The translations under genes and the position numbers were made by a program. Source: a virus. From it: 36,942 nucleotides of DNA. Below are positions 1 to 5,007 of the stretch, piece after piece. The notes beneath the pieces are model-generated. The model did not search any database, was not told the DNA's origin, and saw nothing but the letters and a program-made list of their open reading frames with translations. The stretch is from IMG/VR virus record IMGVR_UViG_3300033475_000097; one strand, written 5' to 3'. The first letter of the stretch is position 1. Each line of letters opens with the position of its first letter.

Positions 1-127
1 TCCATGCCGTAGTGATTGGCCAGGGTTGCAAGCACGCCAACACCGGTCGATTCTTCATGCTTCACAATCGCGTTCATTCCATCCCCTCCCTAGCCCTTAC
101 CGGAGCCGTAGCCGTCGCCGTAGCCGT
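1..127. repeat. Terminal direct repeat: bases 1-127 are identical to 36816-36942. This is a circular-contig overlap. It contains the 5' end of recT (start codon at 77 on the minus strand) and the 3' end of the GY-repeat ORF.
   Basis: Base-by-base comparison of both ends, from tccatgccgtagtgattggcc through gccgtcgccgtagccgt. 127 nt is a typical maximum k-mer length for de Bruijn assemblers. Confidence 0.95.
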
Positions 128-299
128 CGCCGTAGCCGTAGCCGTCGCCGTAGCCGTAGCCGGAGCCGTAGCCGTCGCCGTAGCCGTCGCCGTAGCCGTA
201 GCCGGAGCCGTCGCCGGAGCCGTCGCCGTCGCCGTAGCCGGAGCCGTAGCCATAGCCGGAGCCGGAGCTTGTTAGATTCCTATGTGGATTACCTTGCAT
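90..299 (-). CDS. Small acidic (Tyr/Asp/Ser)-Gly dipeptide-repeat protein, 69 aa: MQGNPHRNLT followed by about 29 X-Gly dipeptides.
   Basis: Internal ATG (M47) of ORF 90..437(-). It starts 8 nt after the stop of the upstream gene (307). Its TAG stop lies 10 nt upstream of the recT ATG, with GGAGGGGA in between. It is on the same strand as the whole operon. Confidence 0.55.
   Translation of the reverse strand: MQGNPHRNLTSSGSGYGYGSGYGDGDGSGDGSGYGYGDGYGDGYGSGYGYGDGYGYGDGYGDGYGSGKG
93..269. repeat. 6-nt periodic tract built from gccgta / gccgtc / gccgga units, about 29 units.
   Basis: Read directly from the sequence. It is long enough to be open in several frames on both strands (AV-rich and SR-rich artefact ORFs on the plus strand). 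Confidence 0.9.
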
Positions 300-306
300 C
301 CTACGT

Positions 307-666
307 TCACGCATTTTTGATGCTCTCCTGGGAGGAAGATGAGGTAGGAATGATTTCGCACACACCAATAATGCAGATGTCATCAAGAATGACATCAAGC
401 TTGCTGTTCTTTGCATCAATACCGTGAACCGCGACACCCGAAAGAGCTACCCCGGACTTAGCTTTCCAATTCCAAAGGCGCCTGGAATTCTTGAGAACGA
501 CGATATCGCCATCTTGGCTAACCAGTTCGCCCGCATGTACGCCTGCCGAGTAAGCACGAACTATCACGTGACGACCGATGAACGGCGATGACTTTTGAAT
601 GGTTTTGCTACCAATCATGGCCGTAAGTTCGCGAACCTGGCCGATGGTAAGATCATTGATGTTCAT
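307..666 (-). CDS. Hypothetical phage protein, 119 aa (MNINDLTIGQVRELT...).
   Basis: M20 of ORF 307..723(-). AAGGAA lies upstream, and the ATG sits 1 nt after the TAA of the upstream gene (668). Composition is protein-like. Confidence 0.7.
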   Translation of the reverse strand: MNINDLTIGQVRELTAMIGSKTIQKSSPFIGRHVIVRAYSAGVHAGELVSQDGDIVVLKNSRRLWNWKAKSGVALSGVAVHGIDAKNSKLDVILDDICIIGVCEIIPTSSSSQESIKNA

Positions 667-667
667 G

Positions 668-949
668 TTATTCCTTTTCATTGAGTTGGGATGCTGCGCG
701 TGCAATCGATGGCAGTGTGTCATTGGACTCAGCCGTCACCTTGAAACCTTTGTTCTCAAGCTTGGCGGCGATGGTGTCGCGGCGGCGCTCGAAGACTTCA
801 AGCATTTCATCTTCCGTAATCGAGAATCCTGCGTTATCGCCTATCTCACGAACCTTGAACCGTTCGATACGTTCACACTCAACGAGATAGTCCGAAAACA
901 AATCTCGCATCGCCTTCACAGCTTCGGTGCCTCGAATGGGAGTGCTCAC
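668..949 (-). CDS. Hypothetical protein, 93 aa.
   Basis: ORF track entry. ATGA overlap with the upstream hexapeptide-repeat gene (946). Confidence 0.7.
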   Translation of the reverse strand: MSTPIRGTEAVKAMRDLFSDYLVECERIERFKVREIGDNAGFSITEDEMLEVFERRRDTIAAKLENKGFKVTAESNDTLPSIARAASQLNEKE

Positions 950-1677
950 GCCGTAGTCTCCTTATCCTCTTCAGGAATTGGCGTCGTCACGTCAATAAGC
1001 GAGCGCGCAACTTCGATGAGCAAGTGATACTCGCGACCGATCTTGGAGTCAGCCCCATGTACTTCATCGACGCGAGCGAGAAAGTCGTCATCCGTTCCCG
1101 AGAAGCATCCACGGGAAACACACAGCCCAGCCTTAGCACGGCAAACAGTCAATGTTCCGTTTTCGCTTCCGACTTTTGAAGCCCAAAAGATAGAAGCGTC
1201 GCCAGAGACCCACGCGTCGCCAGAGACCCGCGCGTCGCCAGAGACCCACGCGTCGCCATAGACCCGCGCGTTGCCATAGACCCACGCGTTGCCATAGACC
1301 CGCGCGTTGCCATAGACCCGCGCGTCGCCATAGACCCGCGCGTTGCCATAGACCCGCGCGTTGCCATAGACCCGCGCGTTGCCATAGACCCGCGCGTCGC
1401 CATAGACCCGCGCGTTGCCATAGACCCACGCGTTGCCATAGACCCGCGCGTTGCCATAGACCCGCGCGTTGCCATAGACCCGCGCGTCGCCATAGACCCG
1501 CGCGTTGCCATAGACCCACGCGTTGCCATCCTCACTAATGTTGTCTTCCTTTTCCACATAACCGCCAATCTCACCCTTTGACACGATGCCAAAGGATATG
1601 AGTGCTCGAATGCGGAATAACTTGCGTCCGAAAACCTCAATAAAACTATCCGTCACAAGCTCGAATTTCTTGTTCAT
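946..1677 (-). CDS. Hexapeptide-repeat (beta-helix-type) phage protein, 243 aa, with a C-terminal CxxxxxxxxCxxGC...HG domain.
   Basis: 18 consecutive (N/D)A(R/W)V(Y/S)G hexapeptides at aa 52-159, flanked by non-repeat N- and C-terminal domains. From memory, similar GNAxVxG-repeat phage proteins are usually annotated as hypothetical or polymer-forming/bactofilin-like. Confidence 0.85.
   Translation of the reverse strand: MNKKFELVTDSFIEVFGRKLFRIRALISFGIVSKGEIGGYVEKEDNISEDGNAWVYGNARVYGDARVYGNARVYGNARVYGNAWVYGNARVYGDARVYGNARVYGNARVYGNARVYGDARVYGNARVYGNAWVYGNARVYGDAWVSGDARVSGDAWVSGDASIFWASKVGSENGTLTVCRAKAGLCVSRGCFSGTDDDFLARVDEVHGADSKIGREYHLLIEVARSLIDVTTPIPEEDKETTA
1201..1524. repeat. Tandem array of 18 units of 18 nt (plus-strand unit gccatagacccgcgcgtt). 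Only three positions per unit vary.
   Basis: Read directly. Variants give N/D (A/G), R/W (C/T) and Y/S (A/C). All three minus-strand frames stay open across it, giving artefact ORFs 1133..1519 and 1149..1640. Confidence 0.95.
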
Positions 1678-1811
1678 ATGTCCTCATCCTTCGTCATAGG
1701 AATCGACCAGTCCACCTTGGACATGGCCAGATAGGGATTAAGCATGGCGAGCGCCTTGTCTATTTCCTCTCGCTCGCGCTGTGACAGATCCTCAAGGTTT
1801 AGATGGCTCAT
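1674..1811 (-). CDS. Possible 45-aa ORF (MSHLNLEDLSQREREEIDKALAMLNPYLAMSKVDWSIPMTKDEDI).
   Basis: Found by hand and below the ORF-track cutoff. Its TGA overlaps the ATG of the hexapeptide gene (ATATGA), and it fills an otherwise 114-nt gap. Confidence 0.4.
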   Translation of the reverse strand: MSHLNLEDLSQREREEIDKALAMLNPYLAMSKVDWSIPMTKDEDI

Positions 1812-2061
1812 CTATTTTTCCATCAATGATTGATATCGAAGGTTGCATAAGCTGGGTTGCTTCAACAGCACGCTTTGTGACGTATTCCAATTGCTGTCGA
1901 AGATGCGTAGTTTCCAACTCAAAGCGTTTGCTAGCCTCCATATATCCTTCTCGCTTGCCAAAGTAAAAAGCCTGATATTCATCTTGCTCATGGCGCAATT
2001 GCATTTCAGCTATTTGGTCACGCATGCGACGCTTTTGGTTTCTACCGAATCGACGGCTCAT
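1792..2061 (-). CDS. Hypothetical basic/coiled-coil protein, 89 aa (MSRRFGRNQKRRMRDQIAEMQ...).
   Basis: M36 of ORF 1792..2166(-). ATGA overlap with the upstream mini-ORF. Confidence 0.6.
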   Translation of the reverse strand: MSRRFGRNQKRRMRDQIAEMQLRHEQDEYQAFYFGKREGYMEASKRFELETTHLRQQLEYVTKRAVEATQLMQPSISIIDGKIDEPSKP

Positions 2062-2141
2062 GAAGTTTTGCTCCACCACACAATTGCGGCGCCAATCAGG
2101 CCGAGGAGGATGACAGTGGTTTCGAAGCGTGAGCGGGTCAT
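2058..2141 (-). CDS. 27-aa single-pass membrane mini-protein (MTRSRFETTVILLGLIGAAIVWWSKTS).
   Basis: Found by hand. ATGA overlaps at both ends (2141/2138 and 2061/2058). It has a hydrophobic core flanked by charged residues. Confidence 0.5.
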   Translation of the reverse strand: MTRSRFETTVILLGLIGAAIVWWSKTS

Positions 2142-2356
2142 GACTTCTCACCCGACTTGGAAGCAATCGCAGAAGCCTGACTTAGATGGAGTGCCAATGA
2201 TTCGGCATTTTCAGGCGACAAGTGCAATGTTAAATTGGCACGTGGAAAGGCGATGGTAACCAGCACAGATGGATTTCCATGCTCGTCGTCAAAGGCGTGA
2301 ACGCGGATGCTTTGGCCAATATCGATCTCAACTTCTCCGGTATAGATGATGCTCAT
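2138..2356 (-). CDS. Hypothetical protein, 72 aa (MSIIYTGEVEIDIGQ...).
   Basis: M17 of ORF 2138..2404(-). ATGA overlap with the upstream gene, with GGAGAGAAGG as SD. Confidence 0.65.
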   Translation of the reverse strand: MSIIYTGEVEIDIGQSIRVHAFDDEHGNPSVLVTIAFPRANLTLHLSPENAESLALHLSQASAIASKSGEKS

Positions 2357-2613
2357 GCCTTCTCTCCGGTGGCTTTGGCGATGGCCTTCTGAACCATTTC
2401 CCATGCATGACTCGGGATAGATCCATCGTCGTTTTCGAGGTTCTTAAGTGCCTCAAGCAGATCCGGCGCGGCGGCGATGAGGTACATGTCGGGAAGTGAT
2501 GCCTTATTGGACGTATACATGTGGACGGAAGGGCCAGAGACACACCAATGCCGCACGTACTGGTCACCACCATATGACTTGACAAACCAAGGTCCTGGCG
2601 TATGGCCGCTCAT
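2353..2613 (-). CDS. Hypothetical phage protein, 86 aa, with a GPW...LIAAAPDLLEAL motif.
   Basis: ORF track entry with an ATGA overlap. From memory, the AAAPDLLEAL motif is common in small uncharacterised phage early proteins. Confidence 0.75.
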   Translation of the reverse strand: MSGHTPGPWFVKSYGGDQYVRHWCVSGPSVHMYTSNKASLPDMYLIAAAPDLLEALKNLENDDGSIPSHAWEMVQKAIAKATGEKA

Positions 2614-2891
2614 ACCAACTCTCCCTTCACAATCGCCATCGCAATCGCATCCAGTTCGTCGCTGTGGCGCTCAGCAAGAATCGTGTAAGCGCGCTGCACC
2701 TGCTCGTCGGTGATGAAACCCGTCTTGTCGAAGTAAACGTCGCGTGCATCCAAGTGCTCGGGGTGGATTGTGACCTCAATGCTTGGCACCGTGATCTGGC
2801 ACTTTGGATAGCTCAAGTCCACGGCGTTATAGGCAGCGCCACCGAAGGTGTTGAGAAGCTTGGCGAAGATGGGATGGGCGTGGTTGTTCAT
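2610..2891 (-). CDS. Hypothetical protein, 93 aa.
   Basis: ORF track entry. ATGA overlap with the upstream gene, preceded by GGAGG. Confidence 0.7.
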   Translation of the reverse strand: MNNHAHPIFAKLLNTFGGAAYNAVDLSYPKCQITVPSIEVTIHPEHLDARDVYFDKTGFITDEQVQRAYTILAERHSDELDAIAMAIVKGELV

Positions 2892-3157
2892 GCGGCACCT
2901 CCGACGCGGGCGATAAGGGCACGAGCTTCACTGCGAAGTTGGCCCAACCAATAACGCCTACGATCCCTGTTTGTGGAACCGGCCACGCTGTTCAGAGGCT
3001 CGCTCATAGGGGTTGCGACGTTATTAGCGAAAGCCACCAACTCGTTCATGGCGGTGCGAATTTCGATGCACTTGCGTCCATTGGTCGACTCGGTACCGTC
3101 GAAATATTCAATCAGCGAGTCAATGTAGGCCAAGGCATTCGATCGGTTCTTACCCAT
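2888..3157 (-). CDS. Hypothetical protein, 89 aa (MGKNRSNALAYIDSL...ALIARVGGAA).
   Basis: M29 of ORF 2888..3241(-). The start overlaps the stop of the upstream gene by 8 nt (ATGGGTAA). Confidence 0.65.
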   Translation of the reverse strand: MGKNRSNALAYIDSLIEYFDGTESTNGRKCIEIRTAMNELVAFANNVATPMSEPLNSVAGSTNRDRRRYWLGQLRSEARALIARVGGAA

Positions 3158-3446
3158 GACACATCTCCTTTTCCGATCCCCACACTTCAAGAAGGTCGGG
3201 AATTTCGCGGAAGTTGATGAGCCACTCAATACCCCATGCAATCAACTGCGCGAGATAGCGAGCGGTATCGCCGGTAGGGTCGTTGGCAACCGTGGCAGCG
3301 ATGTCAGAAGAGGTGAAATGACCGTATGCCGTCATTGCATTGGCGCGACGAGCCATCACTTCCATTGCCTTATCCGTGATGCGCATGACATGACCCTCAG
3401 TCACCGCCAGCACATCCACCTTCTGCGTCTCGGTCTTGTCGTTCAT
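3150..3446 (-). CDS. First gene of the leftward early operon, hypothetical, 98 aa (MNDKTETQKVDVLAV...).
   Basis: ORF 3150..3452(-). I prefer the second ATG (3446) because AGGAG directly abuts the first ATG and lies 6 nt upstream of the second. Confidence 0.65.
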   Translation of the reverse strand: MNDKTETQKVDVLAVTEGHVMRITDKAMEVMARRANAMTAYGHFTSSDIAATVANDPTGDTARYLAQLIAWGIEWLINFREIPDLLEVWGSEKEMCHG

Positions 3447-3482
3447 GGTCATCTCCTGGGGATTGGCTGGTTGGTGATGTGG

Positions 3483-3512
3483 ACTTTACGGCAATCCGTT
3501 TCCAGTTGTCAA
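3483..3512 (-). promoter_or_regulatory. Candidate leftward early promoter: -35 TTGACA (3512-3507), 18-nt spacer, -10 TAAAGT (3488-3483).
   Basis: Read on the minus strand, about 30 nt upstream of the first leftward gene. A GTTGTCAAC palindrome (3505-3513) overlaps the -35. Confidence 0.4.
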
Positions 3513-3517
3513 CGGGG

Positions 3518-3546
3518 TTGCGTAAAATATTTTGACGGAGTATCGT
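3518..3546 (+). promoter_or_regulatory. Candidate rightward early promoter: -35 TTGCGT, 17-nt spacer, -10 TATCGT.
   Basis: Read on the plus strand, about 37 nt upstream of the HTH gene ATG (3583). The spacer contains the AAAATATTTT palindrome (3524-3533). Confidence 0.35.
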
Positions 3547-3582
3547 CACAACCCATCGACCAACACCGGAGCCGAACACCTC

Positions 3583-3807
3583 ATGTCCGAAACTATCAAT
3601 TGGCAGCAAGTCCTTACCGAGCTGCACGAGTGCATGACCATCACGGCGCTCAGCGGAAAAACCGGCGTTCCTATCAGCACGCTCACCGATCTGAAGGCTG
3701 GACGAAGCAAAGAGCCGCAGTACGCCGCAGGCCATCGCATCTACAACATCTATCGGCGCGAGAAGGCCAAGCAGGAGCGGCAGAAGGGAAAGGAGCACGC
3801 AGCATGA
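3583..3807 (+). CDS. Small HTH DNA-binding protein, Cro/YdaS-like, 74 aa.
   Basis: M18 of ORF 3532..3807. GGAG lies 13 nt upstream. The segment ITALSGKTGVPISTLTDLKAG reads as a helix-turn-helix. It is the first gene of the rightward unit. Confidence 0.6.
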   Translation: MSETINWQQVLTELHECMTITALSGKTGVPISTLTDLKAGRSKEPQYAAGHRIYNIYRREKAKQERQKGKEHAA

Positions 3808-3965
3808 CCCGCCTCATCCTCGACCACCGGGAAACCTCCCAAGACCTACCGCCCCTTGAGTTCACTCTCTCGGACACCGACCAGGCCATCGCCAGGATCG
3901 GACGGGAGTGCATCGAGGCCAACCGCATTGAGCAGAACGAGCGCGATAGCGCTAAGCAGGGGTAG
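3804..3965 (+). CDS. Hypothetical protein, 53 aa (MTRLILDHRETSQ...).
   Basis: In the frame of ORF 3156..3965, with an ATGA overlap on the HTH gene stop. Confidence 0.55.
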   Translation: MTRLILDHRETSQDLPPLEFTLSDTDQAIARIGRECIEANRIEQNERDSAKQG

Positions 3966-3967
3966 CC

Positions 3968-4162
3968 ATGGACAAAGAACGCGTGGGGCAGCCGGATCTC
4001 ATCAGCCGGCTACGGGTGGGTCTCATTGCTCGTGAGTTGTTCGACGAATACCTGAAAGCACACAAGCCGGAGCGAGCCATCGGCCTGGTGAAGTTCTGCG
4101 AGCGCATGGGCGTCACAATTCCCGACAGCGGAGCCGTGCTAAAGCTCCTGAAGGACGAGTAG
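3968..4162 (+). CDS. Hypothetical protein, 64 aa.
   Basis: ORF track entry, tightly packed between neighbours with 2-nt gaps. Confidence 0.6.
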   Translation: MDKERVGQPDLISRLRVGLIARELFDEYLKAHKPERAIGLVKFCERMGVTIPDSGAVLKLLKDE

Positions 4163-4164
4163 TC

Positions 4165-5007
4165 ATGGCCTATGACTGGATCAAGATGCGGACAGACCTT
4201 TATCGCGATCCGAAGGTTTGTGCCATAGCTGATGTCCTGATGGACAAAAAGGGTGAGCTGGCAGCTTACGTGAACCAGAACATGCAGCGTGACATGACCG
4301 TAACGCGTAACGTAACGCGTAACGCTGTGTGTGGAGCGCTGTTATCGGTATGGGGCGTGATGCGTCGCCGAGGTAAGCGTGTCAATGATGACCTGGAGCT
4401 TCGTGACATGATGCTCGCAGTCATTGATGACGTGGCTGATCTTCCTGGATTTGGGGATGCCATGGCATCCGTGGGGTGGGTGGTTGAAACCGAGAATGGC
4501 ATTGTATTTCCTAACTTTTTTGAGGAACACAACGTTGAACCTGACGACTCGGGTCGATCAAAAGCAGCCGAGCGACAGGCTCGATATCGGGAACGTTTGG
4601 CACAAAAAAGTGACGTAACTAGTGACGTAACTAGTGACGTAACGTTACGCCCTAGAGAAGAGAAGAGAAGAGATATAGAAAAAGAGCCGTCACGTAAACG
4701 TGCCGAGTCTTCAGGGGTGGAAATCGACACATGGCTGGATTCGCTTCCCGCTGACGTTGACCCGATCCCGAGTGACGACCCGATCATCGACTACGCCGCG
4801 AAGGCGGGGATACCGATGGACTTCCTGGAGTTGGCGTGGGACCGCTTCGCCGAGGACTACCGGAACAAGCGGAAGCGCCAGAAGAACTGGCCGGCCACGT
4901 TCCGCAACGCGGTGAAAGGGAACTGGGGCAAGCTGTGGTGGTTCACGCCGGATGGCGAGTGCAAGCTGACCACAGCCGGTGAGCAGGCGCGGAGGGCATC
5001 GGCATGA
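4165..5007 (+). CDS. Replication initiator / replisome-organizer protein, 280 aa.
   Basis: The N-terminus MAYDWIKMRTDLYRDPKV... resembles the phage replisome-organizer N-terminal domain (from memory). Iterons lie within the gene. It sits directly upstream of dnaB and overlaps it (ATGA). Confidence 0.8.
   Translation: MAYDWIKMRTDLYRDPKVCAIADVLMDKKGELAAYVNQNMQRDMTVTRNVTRNAVCGALLSVWGVMRRRGKRVNDDLELRDMMLAVIDDVADLPGFGDAMASVGWVVETENGIVFPNFFEEHNVEPDDSGRSKAAERQARYRERLAQKSDVTSDVTSDVTLRPREEKRRDIEKEPSRKRAESSGVEIDTWLDSLPADVDPIPSDDPIIDYAAKAGIPMDFLELAWDRFAEDYRNKRKRQKNWPATFRNAVKGNWGKLWWFTPDGECKLTTAGEQARRASA
4300..4323. repeat. Perfect tandem duplication of the 12-mer GTAACGCGTAAC, carrying four CGTAAC cores and two ACGCGT palindromes.
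   Basis: Read directly. It encodes VTRNVTRN within the replication gene. Confidence 0.85.
4609..4687. repeat. Candidate origin core: three 12-nt iterons AGTGACGTAAC(T/G), the CGTAACGTTACG palindrome (4638-4649), and a polypurine tract (4654-4687).
   Basis: Read directly. It lies in the linker region of the initiator gene and encodes SDVTSDVTSDVT followed by a charged linker. This is the same layout as lambda ori inside gene O. Confidence 0.65.

Noticed and set aside
1-127. The 127-nt end duplication as a biological direct terminal repeat or an attL/attR pair.
   Set aside because: The exact length of 127 nt matches a common assembler k-mer. The repeat cuts through two coding sequences, and no integrase or host flank is present. 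It should still be checked with read-terminus analysis.
12-427. Plus-strand ORFs 12..275 (poly Ala-Val) and 26..427 (Ser/Arg-rich) across the 6-nt repeat.
   Set aside because: They are antisense to the whole early operon and have no start context. They stay open only because the hexanucleotide repeat lacks stops in several frames. The minus-strand GY frame fits the gene junctions.
1183-1524. Whether the 18-nt array is a CRISPR array, or the variable region of a diversity-generating retroelement. Two of the three variable sites are A-to-G or A-to-C changes in AAC and TAT codons.
   Set aside because: It is not CRISPR: the units abut with no spacers, are only 18 nt long, and lie in frame within a gene. 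It is not a DGR: I found no reverse transcriptase, no template-repeat copy elsewhere in the genome, and the R/W variation is not at an adenine on the coding strand.
1133-1640. Alternative minus-strand ORFs 1133..1519 (GLWQRA repeats) and 1149..1640 (MATRGS repeats).
   Set aside because: These are out-of-frame readings of the same 18-nt array. Only the 946..1677 frame has unique N- and C-terminal domains and ATGA coupling at both ends.
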